A stretch of DNA of 64,000 nucleotides from Candidatus Woesearchaeota archaeon (GTDB taxonomy: Archaea > Nanobdellota > Nanobdellia > Woesearchaeales > JBJKQO01): NCBI GenBank assembly GCA_046705145.1, contig JBJKQO010000008.1, positions 16,686-80,685 of the forward strand, read 5' to 3'. The number at the start of each line of letters is the position of its first letter. The stretch's first letter is position 1. Below the pieces are notes generated by a model. It saw only the letters and a list, made by a program, of their open reading frames with translations, was not told the DNA's origin and ran no database searches. A program made the position numbers and the translations under genes. Of the stretch, positions 1 to 9,740 are shown one piece after another.

Positions 1-2
1 GA

Positions 3-89
3 GGGATCATAAGTACGACTAAGAAAGACAAGTGCCTGATATGCTGCATAAAAGACAAGCAGAAGATCAGGAGACTTATGGAGGGATGA
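3..89 (+). CDS. C-terminal end of a gene truncated by the window edge, probably an ArsR-family regulator
   Basis: Frame 3 reads GIISTTKKDKCLICCIKDKQKIRRLMEG*, like an ArsR wing region; precedes an ArsP-type permease. Confidence 0.4.
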   Translation, partial: GIISTTKKDKCLICCIKDKQKIRRLMEG

Positions 90-91
90 AT

Positions 92-217
92 ATGGAAAAG
101 AAAAAAGGATTTTTCGGAAAACTGTTTGACAAGGCTGACAAGAAACTTGAGGAGAAATCAAAAGGATGCGGCTGCGGATGCTGCGGTTCAGGCGCAAAAA
201 AAGATAAGAAATGCTAG
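92..217 (+). CDS. Small Cys-rich putative metal-binding protein (41 aa)
   Basis: MEKKKGFFGKLF...GCGCGCCGSG; ATG 3 nt after the upstream stop; overlaps permease start. Confidence 0.6.
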   Translation: MEKKKGFFGKLFDKADKKLEEKSKGCGCGCCGSGAKKDKKC

Positions 218-1170
218 ACACTGCAGTTGAATGGATGCTTGTAAACATATTTAGTCTTGATATCACCTCAAGATTAGGAGGATTTGTTAATTTTTTTATA
301 TATGACTCCCTTAAGATAATGTTGTTGCTATTTGTTATGATATCTATAGTGGGTTACCTTAGGACTTACCTTCCTTCAAGCAAGGTAAGAGAGTGGATAG
401 CAAAGCAGAACAAGATATTCGGCCACTTGTTAGCTTCGATATTTGGGGCGATAACCCCTTTTTGCTCCTGCTCTTCTATCCCTCTTTTCTTAAGCTTTCT
501 AAGGGCAGGCATCCCTATGGGTATAACCTTCTCTTTCCTGATAACATCCCCTCTTGTAAACGAGTACCTTGTCGTATTGATGCTTGGCTTTTTCGGATGG
601 AAGATAACAGCGATCTATGTCCTGTCTGGTATCATCGTAGGGGTCATTTCAGGAATGGTCCTTGGGGGCATGAAACTAGAAAAGTATCTTGTTAAGGATA
701 TCCACAACAACGGAAAGCTTGACAAGGAAGTAATGTATGATGGGTTCAAGGAAAGGATGAGATTTGGCCTAGGGGAGGCTGTAAAAATAGTAAAAAAGCT
801 TTGGTACTGGATACTTTTTGGGGTGGGGCTTGGAGCAGTGATCCATAACTTTGTCCCTCAAGAGCTCATCCACTCTGTCATAAGCAGGACAGGGATGTTC
901 ACAGTTCCTATAGCAGTTGTGATAGGAGTTCCGATGTATGGCAGCTGCGCAGCAATCGTCCCTATCGCAGTGGCACTTTTCCAGAAGGGGATACCTCTTG
1001 GGACCGCACTTGCATTCATGATGGCAGTCTCGGCGCTTAGCTTACCAGAAGCGATAATCCTAAGGAGGGCGATGAACCTGAGGCTTATAGCAGCGTTCTT
1101 CGGGATAGTGGCTGCGGGGATAATAGTGATAGGTTATCTGATCAATGCGCTTTCGGGATGGATGGTGTAG
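211..1170 (+). CDS. ArsP/DUF318 family permease
   Basis: TPFCSCSSIP and SALSLPE motifs; multiple TM helices. Confidence 0.9.
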   Translation: MLDTAVEWMLVNIFSLDITSRLGGFVNFFIYDSLKIMLLLFVMISIVGYLRTYLPSSKVREWIAKQNKIFGHLLASIFGAITPFCSCSSIPLFLSFLRAGIPMGITFSFLITSPLVNEYLVVLMLGFFGWKITAIYVLSGIIVGVISGMVLGGMKLEKYLVKDIHNNGKLDKEVMYDGFKERMRFGLGEAVKIVKKLWYWILFGVGLGAVIHNFVPQELIHSVISRTGMFTVPIAVVIGVPMYGSCAAIVPIAVALFQKGIPLGTALAFMMAVSALSLPEAIILRRAMNLRLIAAFFGIVAAGIIVIGYLINALSGWMV

Positions 1171-2270
1171 CATACTGAACAAGGCTTGTGGTTTCCACCT
1201 AAAAACTTTTCTTTAGTTTTTTCTGAACACATTATTTCTTCTACGCTGTTTGTATTAAGATTTCCAAATATTGCATTATGTACAGGACAGTCTGACACAG
1301 TACCATCCGTAGATATACTAAATCCTATAAGGTGTTTACTGCATGAAGGTTGCGCTAGGATCCTTGTTCCCTCGGAAATAAGGTATTTATATCCAAATTG
1401 TTCATCAATCCTTTTTGCTTTCTCAAAGAATGTTCTGCATTGATCAGAGTCATGATATAAGGATCTGATTGCAACACCATCCTTATACACAAGGCATAAA
1501 TTTTGTGGTGGGATTGGCTCTTCAACATAAGGTATCACGTCGATTTTTCTCATGAGGGGGATAAAATCATCAAGGATCCTTTGTGAATTTTCATTTGTGA
1601 CTATTATCTCTGCACCTAGCCTATGATCCTTATTTAGGCCTTTTTCAAGTGCATATCCAAATGAGTCTATAAGCTTTCCAAACGCACCCTTTTTTCTCAC
1701 TCTTAAATCATGGTATGTGCTTACTGTATCCTTAAATGAGAAAATCAGACTTACTTCTCTCTCAGATAAAAAATCTATCTGTTCTTTTGTGATTACAGTA
1801 CCATTGGTGAAGATTGTAAGCCCCATGCCGTGGTCAGTAACATATCTTATGAATTCTGTTGCCTTGTCCCATAAGAATAATTCTCCTTCACCGCAATATA
1901 CTATTGACTGCCCATCATGTTGAGACAGGAATCGGATAATCTCTTTCGGTTTTTCTTCAGGTAGATATGTTCCATGAGGGGGAGGTTTAATCCCATCTTT
2001 TTTACCTACAAAACATTCTTCGCATGAAAGGTTGCATGGTGTTGGCAGGCTTAGATAAGCGAACCTGAATATGGGGCTTGATTTAATCCCCTTAGCCCAT
2101 CTCATATTATGTTCCACGACACCATTGATTCCTTCAAGAGAAAAATGTTTTACATAAGGTACTTCCCTTGTAGAAAGAGGACATTTTGGAATTAGATGTT
2201 TGCCTGTAAGTTTAATCACTCCATCCCCCATAATCGTGCTTTGCCTAAATACTTGTACTTCGTTTACCAT
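1134..2270 (-). CDS. Radical SAM protein with SPASM/twitch-like C-terminus
   Basis: CNLSCEEC (CxxxCxxC), GEGE, FTNGT, C-terminal CSKH...DGTVSDCP...GNL. Confidence 0.85.
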   Translation of the reverse strand: MVNEVQVFRQSTIMGDGVIKLTGKHLIPKCPLSTREVPYVKHFSLEGINGVVEHNMRWAKGIKSSPIFRFAYLSLPTPCNLSCEECFVGKKDGIKPPPHGTYLPEEKPKEIIRFLSQHDGQSIVYCGEGELFLWDKATEFIRYVTDHGMGLTIFTNGTVITKEQIDFLSEREVSLIFSFKDTVSTYHDLRVRKKGAFGKLIDSFGYALEKGLNKDHRLGAEIIVTNENSQRILDDFIPLMRKIDVIPYVEEPIPPQNLCLVYKDGVAIRSLYHDSDQCRTFFEKAKRIDEQFGYKYLISEGTRILAQPSCSKHLIGFSISTDGTVSDCPVHNAIFGNLNTNSVEEIMCSEKTKEKFLGGNHKPCSVCYTIHPESALIR

Positions 2271-2339
2271 CTTGTGATTACCTTTTCTTATTAATCACTT
2301 GATGGTAACTACTATATATACAACTTATTTTTAATTTTT

Positions 2340-2383
2340 GGAACATTTTAGTAAAATTTATAAATAATATTAAAATATGTTCC
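2340..2383. promoter_or_regulatory. Inverted repeat flanking the TATA box of Lrp copy 1
   Basis: GGAACAT (2340) ... TTTATAAA (2357) ... ATGTTCC (2383); ATG at 2388, consistent with a leaderless mRNA. Confidence 0.5.
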
Positions 2384-2387
2384 TAAA

Positions 2388-3350
2388 ATGGTTAAAATTG
2401 ATGTAAAAGATAAGAAAATCCTTTACGAACTTGATGTTAATTCTAGACAAAGCCTTGCTGAGATAGGGAGAAAAGTCAAGCTTCCAAAAACAGTCGTGTT
2501 TAACAGGATCAAATCTCTCGTTGAGAGAGGTATATTAAAGGATAATTATGTCATGCTGAATTACTCAAAGATGGGTCTTATAGCTTTTAAGACGTATTAT
2601 AAGTTTCATTCAGTCACACCTGCAAAAGAAAAAGAGATCATAGAATACATACTAAAAAAGAGAAATCTTGCATGGGCAGGGTCATGCAGGAGCAAATGGG
2701 ACATAACAACAACTTTTGTCTCAAAAAGCATATTTGAGTTTGACGAGATCCATAAGGAGATAATAAATGATTATGGGAAATACATCCTTGAGAAAGACGT
2801 AGTGATATGCACCTTATCCCCCTTTTATTCAAGAACTTATCTTGCTCCTGGAAAAGAAAAAGAGGAGTTTTGGTTCATCAAGGATTCCCCTATTGTTAAA
2901 ATTGATGAGACAGACGAAAAAATAATCGCTCTCCTGTCAAAAGATGCAAGAACAAGCATCCTAAGCCTTATGCAGGAGCTAAAGCTTACGCGTGATGTGA
3001 TAAGTTACAGGATAAAACGCCTTGAGAAATCAGGGGTCATTATGACCTACAGGTGGCTCTTTGACCATGAGAAGGTGGGATTTAGGTTCTATAAGCTCAT
3101 TGTCAGGCTGCATAACTTCTCAAAATCTGAAGAGCTAAGGCTGCTTGAATACTGCAAGATGAATCCATACATAGTAGAGTACATAAGGCTTTTTGGTGCG
3201 TGGGATGCTGAGATTGAGTTTGAGATAGATGATGAGGAAAAGCTATACTCTTATGTGAATGAGATAAGGGAAAAATTTGATTCAATAATCAGGGATTATG
3301 AACTTTTGCATATATATCAGGACCATAAGATAAACATGTTTCCGGACTAA
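2388..3350 (+). CDS. Tandem-domain Lrp/AsnC transcriptional regulator (copy 1)
   Basis: Two HTH+RAM units (DVKDKKILYELDVNSRQSLAEIG; DETDEKIIALLSKDAR; GAWDAEIE). Confidence 0.9.
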   Translation: MVKIDVKDKKILYELDVNSRQSLAEIGRKVKLPKTVVFNRIKSLVERGILKDNYVMLNYSKMGLIAFKTYYKFHSVTPAKEKEIIEYILKKRNLAWAGSCRSKWDITTTFVSKSIFEFDEIHKEIINDYGKYILEKDVVICTLSPFYSRTYLAPGKEKEEFWFIKDSPIVKIDETDEKIIALLSKDARTSILSLMQELKLTRDVISYRIKRLEKSGVIMTYRWLFDHEKVGFRFYKLIVRLHNFSKSEELRLLEYCKMNPYIVEYIRLFGAWDAEIEFEIDDEEKLYSYVNEIREKFDSIIRDYELLHIYQDHKINMFPD

Positions 3351-3351
3351 C

Positions 3352-4452
3352 TCATCTAAAATTTGGTTCTTTAATATATTTTTTAAGATTCCAATTCTTA
3401 TCGTATTTTTGAAGCTCTCTTTTTGAGCATCCTTTATTTTTGATAGGGTTCTCGTTGTCTATCAGGATTAAAAATTTTAAAATTTTATCTGCATTTCTGC
3501 TTAATTGCAGATCCATATCTTTTGTCAGCTTTTCGCGTTTTGTGTGGTTAAGCCTATTTTTGTTTCCCGCAAAGCATATTGAAGGGATATTTTGGGCTGC
3601 AAAAGGCAGGTAGTCGCATGAGACTATATTTTTTCTTTTCTTAAATGTGCTTAAGGCAGCAAAGATCTTTTGATCAATGTTGGCAGTATATGCAAGAGTC
3701 TCCTTACTTATAAGGCATTCAAGACTTACAACAAGAAATATATCCTCTCTTTGTAAGTATTTTGCAAGATGTTTTGCGCCAACAACACCTGATTCTTCAG
3801 CGCTGGTCAGGCAAAATATGATCTTATGTCTTGTCTTTATTTTTTCCAGCTTTTCTATCAGCTTAAACAGAACAAAAACTCCTGAAGCGTCATCATTTAT
3901 ACCTTTAGAAAAGGGGGCTGCATCATAATGGGCAATGAGCAGGATAGGCCTGCCATCAGTACCTTCTTTTTCTGCAATGATATTTTGGCAGTCAGCCTTA
4001 ATCTTCCTGACGTGATAATCAATCTCAAATCCTTCTTTGATCTTGTTATAGTCTTTTTTTCCGATGCTGATGACTGCTTTATCAATTATTCCCCAATGCG
4101 TTGGAAAATAGTATGATTTGGCTAGGTCTTCTTCAATTATGATGACAAGATCACTTTTTGATTTTTTGATCTTATTGAATTTTTCATATGTGACAGGAGC
4201 GCGTATGCTTTGAAAGCGTTCAACCTTACCTTTGTAGCGGAAGACACAGTGTCCGACTGCGTATGCTTCAACTTCAGGATACATTCTTACTTGTTTTTGG
4301 ACAGTTGAAACAAATGAAAAATCTTGTGCTTGCACTTTTAGACTTCTCTTTATTTTCTTTGTCAATAGGCCTGTTATGATCCTATCTTTTTCCCCTATTG
4401 CCCTGTTTTTCGAGTTTTTTGAAAGAAATCCTAATAAGTCCATCTTGATCAC
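3352..4452 (-). CDS. M28 family metallopeptidase
   Basis: AHYD, GINDDASGV, SAEESG and NHT motifs; start overlaps the upstream rSAM stop. Confidence 0.85.
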   Translation of the reverse strand: MIKMDLLGFLSKNSKNRAIGEKDRIITGLLTKKIKRSLKVQAQDFSFVSTVQKQVRMYPEVEAYAVGHCVFRYKGKVERFQSIRAPVTYEKFNKIKKSKSDLVIIIEEDLAKSYYFPTHWGIIDKAVISIGKKDYNKIKEGFEIDYHVRKIKADCQNIIAEKEGTDGRPILLIAHYDAAPFSKGINDDASGVFVLFKLIEKLEKIKTRHKIIFCLTSAEESGVVGAKHLAKYLQREDIFLVVSLECLISKETLAYTANIDQKIFAALSTFKKRKNIVSCDYLPFAAQNIPSICFAGNKNRLNHTKREKLTKDMDLQLSRNADKILKFLILIDNENPIKNKGCSKRELQKYDKNWNLKKYIKEPNFR

Positions 4453-5516
4453 TTCATGTTGCGTTTCTTTAGATTTATCCTGGAATGTTCCAAGGGATCA
4501 AACGAGAACAGGCTGCCTGAACTTGATAATGATCTTGCCCTGCACCCGCTAATGTCTTTTTCTCTTAACTCTCTTAGTATCTCTGACTCTTTCCATATCC
4601 TTATGAAAGGTTTTTCCTTTATGTTTCCAAGGCTTATCTCTGTGCAAAATGAGCATATCGAAACATCTCCATTAGGGGTTATGCATGCTGTTGTAAATCC
4701 TGCAGGACAGCTTCTCTTTAGTACTATTGGCCTTTTTTCATCATTATTATATTCCGGGCCAAGGGAGCATGCAAAAGGAGTTTCAGCAATCATCATAATT
4801 TTTCTTTTCTTTTTTTGCTCAATCCAGATGCTGCAGAACTCTTTTAGCCTTTCTTTTCCAAGATTTATCTTTGTTCCTTTTCCAAATCCCACTTCAAGAA
4901 GGTAATTTGTCTTATGTATGTCAACATCATTTTTTTCGCATATATCAAGTATTTCTCCAAAATAACCCTGATTTATCTGGTTTATTACTGTTACTGCGGT
5001 GACTTTTATATCATTTTTTTTGAGTATTTTTATAGAGTTTATCACCTTGTCAAAATTAGGCCCTCTTATCTTGTTGTGGATCTCTCTTGGCCCATCAAGA
5101 GAGACATGCACACTTGAGATGCCATATCTTTTTAGGCTTCTTGCGATATCTTCTGTCATCAGGATCCCGTTTGTTGATATGCCCCACCTAAACCCCATCT
5201 CATTTGCATGCCTAAATATTTCAAGCGCGTCTGCTCTTAACAGCACCTCTCCTCCTGAAACGTTAATGGAAAAAACCTTGTTTTCCCATAGGTGCTTAAG
5301 GAGGGATTTGACCTCCTCTGTGCTAAGCTCATCTTCTTTTATTGTCCTGTGGCAATAGGGGCAGCTAAGATTGCATCTTGCTGTCAGTTGTAGGGTAACA
5401 GCAAACGGAGCATTTGGAACATACAATGCATCTTTTATGATATGCATCTTTATTGATTTATCCTCTCCTGAAAACTTCAATCTTATGAACTTATCGTCTC
5501 GTATTATCTCTATCAT
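4449..5516 (-). CDS. Radical SAM protein with partial SPASM domain
   Basis: CNLSCPYC, SGGE, STNG, CPAG...GDVSICSFC, GCRAR; likely start MIEII just after the upstream stop. Confidence 0.9.
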   Translation of the reverse strand: MIEIIRDDKFIRLKFSGEDKSIKMHIIKDALYVPNAPFAVTLQLTARCNLSCPYCHRTIKEDELSTEEVKSLLKHLWENKVFSINVSGGEVLLRADALEIFRHANEMGFRWGISTNGILMTEDIARSLKRYGISSVHVSLDGPREIHNKIRGPNFDKVINSIKILKKNDIKVTAVTVINQINQGYFGEILDICEKNDVDIHKTNYLLEVGFGKGTKINLGKERLKEFCSIWIEQKKKRKIMMIAETPFACSLGPEYNNDEKRPIVLKRSCPAGFTTACITPNGDVSICSFCTEISLGNIKEKPFIRIWKESEILRELREKDISGCRARSLSSSGSLFSFDPLEHSRINLKKRNMK

Positions 5517-5518
5517 TT

Positions 5519-6826
5519 TTATCCCTCTTGGTTGATATAGCATGATGGGTCGCTTTGATGGATATCCCTATATTTCTGGTAGGCTAATGCCCTGCAGCCA
5601 CCCATGCATAGGCTCTTGTTATTGCATGAAGAACATCTCCCATCAAGATGTCTTAACTCTCGTAAGAACGCAATATTTTTTGTATGCCATATGTCACTAA
5701 ATTTTTCTTTGTTGATGTTTCCCATCAGGAACTTTTCATATTTTAGGTATGTGCAGGGGAACACGTCACCTTGGGCAGTTATGCAGCACACAGTGCGTCC
5801 TGCAGAGCATCCTAGGAATTCTTCTGGTAGCCAGTCGATCCTTCTTTTTTTCGTTTCAAATGTCTTATCATATGAGATACTAAGTGCAGGATTTTCTTTT
5901 GATATAATTCTTAGCCTTTCTACAACTTTTAACCATTCCTCCGGGAAAGGTAAATTATCCTTATCCTTTGCTGCATTTCCAAATGGCATGCACCTTATAG
6001 CCCTGATACTGTTTATGCCGATTGATTTAGCGAGATTTGCAATATCTTCCACCTCATGTTGATTCTCTTTCATGACGGTCATTGCAATAGATGTATTAAG
6101 GCCTGCTTCTTTTGATATCCTTGCCGCATTTACAGCGTCATAGTATGCTGCCAGGCATCCCCTTATCCTGTTGTGTGTTTCTTTTTTTCCATCAATGCTT
6201 ATCTGGACGAATTTCAGGCCAGAATCTTTTAGTTTTTCAATAACTTCTCCAGTCAGCAGCGATCCATTTGTGGTAAGTTCAACAAGCACTTCTTTTTCTT
6301 CTGCATACCTCACAATCTCAAAAATATCATCTCTTAGCAAAGGTTCGCCTCCCCCGATAGATATGAAAAACACACCCATATCAGAAAATGAGTCTATAGT
6401 CCTTTTTATAGTGGTCAGGTTTGTTTTATGGTGGGGTCCGGATTTTGAGTAGCAATGGATGCAGTTGTAATTGCAGTTAGGCGTTATCTCCCAAAGGATA
6501 GCTCTAGGCGAAGACAAGTAGCTTATGGGCAAGAAGGGATTTTTAGTTATCTTTTGGTTGTTTTTAGATTCTTGCTTGAGGATCCCTTTTTCTTCAAGTA
6601 GGCTTATGAATTCAATTACCTCTTCTTTTGATTCAGAAATAGGTTTGTCAAACCTTTCTGAGTAAGAAATGATAATATCTCTGGTTGAGCTTCCTTTTGA
6701 GCACATCTTAAGGATAAAGCTGCCTATTGGATCTATCTTTTGCCTCTCGCCGTCACTTTTCTTTACGAGCATTATCCCAAAATGCTCTTCTCTAAAAAGC
6801 CATTTATCCGACAATCTTTTGTTCAT
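5519..6826 (-). CDS. PqqD/RRE-fused radical SAM/SPASM peptide maturase (PqqE/MftC-like)
   Basis: N-terminal ~85 aa RRE pattern ending FISLLEEKGIL; WEITPNCNYNCIHCY; full SPASM CSAG..GDVFPC..CSSC..CMGGCRA..DPSC. Confidence 0.9.
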   Translation of the reverse strand: MNKRLSDKWLFREEHFGIMLVKKSDGERQKIDPIGSFILKMCSKGSSTRDIIISYSERFDKPISESKEEVIEFISLLEEKGILKQESKNNQKITKNPFLPISYLSSPRAILWEITPNCNYNCIHCYSKSGPHHKTNLTTIKRTIDSFSDMGVFFISIGGGEPLLRDDIFEIVRYAEEKEVLVELTTNGSLLTGEVIEKLKDSGLKFVQISIDGKKETHNRIRGCLAAYYDAVNAARISKEAGLNTSIAMTVMKENQHEVEDIANLAKSIGINSIRAIRCMPFGNAAKDKDNLPFPEEWLKVVERLRIISKENPALSISYDKTFETKKRRIDWLPEEFLGCSAGRTVCCITAQGDVFPCTYLKYEKFLMGNINKEKFSDIWHTKNIAFLRELRHLDGRCSSCNNKSLCMGGCRALAYQKYRDIHQSDPSCYINQEG

Positions 6827-6925
6827 AGCAGTCCACCTAAATGGCTATACAAGAATGATGAAAAGCAGATGAATCTAACCAAATCGAAAAACATCTGTAT
6901 TCCTGGAATTTCAGGTTTGCTGACT

Positions 6926-7006
6926 TCAGTCTTGGCACTGTGAAAACATCAGTGAGTCTGCTTCCTGATATTCTTCCATCTTTGGCTTGGTTTGTTTTTC
7001 TTTCAT
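6926..7006 (-). CDS. Putative RiPP precursor peptide (26 aa, MKEKQTKPKMEEYQEADSLMFSQCQD), absent from the ORF track
   Basis: Hand-translated; SD-like GGATGTGA upstream, TATA near 7062-7069; KPxM leader motif; first gene before the RRE-rSAM. Confidence 0.7.
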   Translation of the reverse strand: MKEKQTKPKMEEYQEADSLMFSQCQD

Positions 7007-7104
7007 TTTTTTCACATCCATCCCTTGTTTTTTTTGTCGGTTTTCCATCCTGTTTCCATATCTTATATAGCTTATTTATTATATCAATATTTCTATCATA
7101 TTTT

Positions 7105-7149
7105 TTGACGTATTTCTATTATTTTATTAGTTTTATTTATTTTTGTCAA
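7105..7149. promoter_or_regulatory. TTGAC-N35-GTCAA candidate operator upstream of the precursor promoter
   Basis: Same 45-bp span as TTGTC-N35-GTCAA at 7848-7892. Confidence 0.4.
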
Positions 7150-7777
7150 TCCAAAACCCTTTTTTTTGGATATCTTCTATAACCCTTAGTGTCTTGTTTT
7201 CATCATAGCTTACTTTATCCTTGCAAACATGCCCCATCTTCCCGATTTTCTCGCCTATGCTGTAATAATCTGGAAGGCAGTGCACAAATGGTTTGATTTT
7301 TGTAATGTCAATTGAGCCGTCAGGATTGAGCAGCGATTTGTCAATATGTGCAAGCATTATCTCTGCGATGAAAAGATCATGGCTTCCAAGCCTGATCCTT
7401 TTTTTTGCCTTGCACTCAAAGTTTGCCTTGCATTCCTTAATCAGGGGGGCTTTGACGAATACTGGGCTGGCCTTGCTTAACCCTGCTTTTGCAAACTTAT
7501 CTATACTTTTGCCGTCTATGGTCCCACAAATATCAGCTTCTTTAAGCAAGCTGGTATCAGGGATATTTATCACAAATTCCTTGTATTTTCTTATCAGCTC
7601 GTATGAGTGCCTTTGCGGCCTTACCGCTATCCCTATAAGAGGGGGGGATGAGCATACAACTCCCACCCACGAAAGAGTCATGATGTTTGACTCTTTTTTG
7701 TTTCCAGTTGTCACCATCACGCACGGGCACGAAAAGAAGCCCGCAAATGGTGCTTTTGGGATCAGTTTTGATTTCAT
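7133..7777 (-). CDS. Flavin reductase family protein
   Basis: NIMTLSWVG, PPLIGIAVRPQRHS, EFVINIP, APLIKEC, LGSHDLFIAEI. Confidence 0.9.
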   Translation of the reverse strand: MKSKLIPKAPFAGFFSCPCVMVTTGNKKESNIMTLSWVGVVCSSPPLIGIAVRPQRHSYELIRKYKEFVINIPDTSLLKEADICGTIDGKSIDKFAKAGLSKASPVFVKAPLIKECKANFECKAKKRIRLGSHDLFIAEIMLAHIDKSLLNPDGSIDITKIKPFVHCLPDYYSIGEKIGKMGHVCKDKVSYDENKTLRVIEDIQKKGFWIDKNK

Positions 7778-7897
7778 TTTATTGTTGCATATCTTTTTAT
7801 TACAACTGAGTAGTTACATATCTATATTAAATTTGTTACTGTTTTTTTTGTCAAAAATAGTTAATTTTATATAATTAATAGATATTTGTCAATTAAA

Positions 7898-8881
7898 ATG
7901 TATGAAAAGAAGAATGATTATGACAAAACCGACATGAAGCTCCTCTATGAGCTTGAGAAAAACAGCAGGCAGTCCTTGTCAGAGATTGCAAAATCCCTGA
8001 GGCTTTCAAAACAGGCAGTAAAATACAGGATGGATAAACTGATGCGAGAAGGAGTAATATTAAATTATTATGCAATCATCAACACTGCAAGGCTAGGTTA
8101 TAACACCAATAAGATATATATCCAGCTTAAGCAGACTGATCAGGCGGCTCTAAAGAGCATCATTGATTATTTTAAGGCGCACAAAAGCGTTGCATGGGTT
8201 GCAAGAGTAAATGGCATGTTTGACCTGATAATAGGGATCTTTTCCAGGAACATGGTTGAGCTTGATAATTTCATTTCTGATATCACCGAGAACTTTTCTG
8301 CAAATATCAATAGAAAAACCATCACAACGAGCGTATATTTTTATCATAACAGGAAATCTTACCTAATAGGAAAGGCTCCTCCAAAAGAAGTCGAGACAAC
8401 ATTTTTTGGCCTGTCAGATGATTCTTTAAGGTATGATGAGAAAGACAGCATTATACTTTCAATGCTTTCAAAGAATTCAAGGGAAAGCATACTAAACATA
8501 GCTTCAAAAGCAAAACTTGGTAGTGAGATGGCAAGCAAAAGGATAAAAAATCTTGAAAAGATTAAACTTATCTCAGGATATGGGGTTTTGATCAACAAGT
8601 ATGCGATAGGATATGCATCATACAAACTTCTCCTCAAACTAAACGATTTCACCCGCAAAAAAGAGAAGGATTTTCTAGCCTACCTGAAAGTCAACCCAAA
8701 CGTGATTGATGCCATAAAGACCATTGGTGAATGGGATTTTGAGCTTGACATAGAGATAGGATCTGAAAAAGAATTCCATCTATTCCTTGAAAATCTAAGG
8801 AACAGGTTTCCTATGCTTATAGCAGAGCATCTTGTGCTGATAGTATTTGACGAATACAAGTATGACTTATGGCCGTTTTGA
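7898..8881 (+). CDS. Tandem-domain Lrp/AsnC regulator (copy 2)
   Basis: DKTDMKLLYELEKNSRQSLSEIA; second HTH; GEWDFELD; ATG at 7898. Confidence 0.9.
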   Translation: MYEKKNDYDKTDMKLLYELEKNSRQSLSEIAKSLRLSKQAVKYRMDKLMREGVILNYYAIINTARLGYNTNKIYIQLKQTDQAALKSIIDYFKAHKSVAWVARVNGMFDLIIGIFSRNMVELDNFISDITENFSANINRKTITTSVYFYHNRKSYLIGKAPPKEVETTFFGLSDDSLRYDEKDSIILSMLSKNSRESILNIASKAKLGSEMASKRIKNLEKIKLISGYGVLINKYAIGYASYKLLLKLNDFTRKKEKDFLAYLKVNPNVIDAIKTIGEWDFELDIEIGSEKEFHLFLENLRNRFPMLIAEHLVLIVFDEYKYDLWPF

Positions 8882-8900
8882 TTAATCTTTTGACAAGACA

Positions 8901-9740
8901 TCATCTGCATCTAAAAGTCAGCCCTATATTATGGTATCCTCTATGCCGTCTATATTCCATCCCGGGAATAGTCCTTGTCCCTGCTCCCACAGATACGCCG
9001 AGCTTGCATCTTCCTGTTTTAATCAAAGTGGCATTTGTATTGACCCCTATGTCAACATATCCGCTTTGTGATCCTATGTTCTTAAAGTCTCCACCTGTAG
9101 TAAACGAAGGCTCAATGCTAATCCTTTCGCCAAGGCTTATAAGGTAACCAAGGCTGACTTTCCAGTTGGTGCCTTCACTGTCAAAATCATGTATCATCTT
9201 TAAGCTGATTGATAGGTTATTCAGGTTGATGCTTGAGCCAAAGTAGAACTGAGTCACGTCTACTGGAGGCTTATAACCAAATACTTTGATGAAAGTCATC
9301 CCCAAAAATGCGTTTGCTACTCCTGCGCCATATCTTGCTTGCAAGTCTAGATATGTTTCGTTAACGTTTATTCCAGTGCCGTATTCCTTATATGTGCTGT
9401 TTCCTGCTAGCGCTGTTAGTACTAGATTTTTTAGGTCTTCTACTCCTCTGATGCTTATACCAGTAGTATTCTCTAAGGTAGGCCCCTGAGACAGCCTGTT
9501 TCCGGTGACTCCGCTAAAATAATTGCTTTTCAATACAGTACCGACCGAGAATGATATCTCTGGTTGTGGCTGCTGATTATCAGGTTTTGTTTGTTTATTT
9601 TTGAACTCTTGCCTAGTTTTTGCGATAAGATCCCCAAGATCATATCGTTTTTGTTTTTTTATTACTTGCACGATGGCAGGTCTGGAATCAAGTAAGTTAA
9701 CCCGGATGAGATTATGGTTTATAGGCATTTGTGCGGGCAT
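8901..9740 (-). CDS. Hypothetical protein with beta-barrel (TorF-like porin) character
   Basis: Repeated amphipathic strands; KSNYFSGVTGNRLSQGPTLE resembles the TorF N-terminal motif; ends NIGLTFRCR. Confidence 0.5.
   Translation of the reverse strand: MPAQMPINHNLIRVNLLDSRPAIVQVIKKQKRYDLGDLIAKTRQEFKNKQTKPDNQQPQPEISFSVGTVLKSNYFSGVTGNRLSQGPTLENTTGISIRGVEDLKNLVLTALAGNSTYKEYGTGINVNETYLDLQARYGAGVANAFLGMTFIKVFGYKPPVDVTQFYFGSSINLNNLSISLKMIHDFDSEGTNWKVSLGYLISLGERISIEPSFTTGGDFKNIGSQSGYVDIGVNTNATLIKTGRCKLGVSVGAGTRTIPGMEYRRHRGYHNIGLTFRCR

Noticed and set aside
7007-7048. Longer 40-aa version of the precursor starting at 7048
   Set aside because: ATG lies too close to the TATA box; the SD-like sequence favours 7006.
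6940-7182. 80-aa plus-strand ORF
   Set aside because: Low-complexity antisense shadow of the precursor gene and its promoter.
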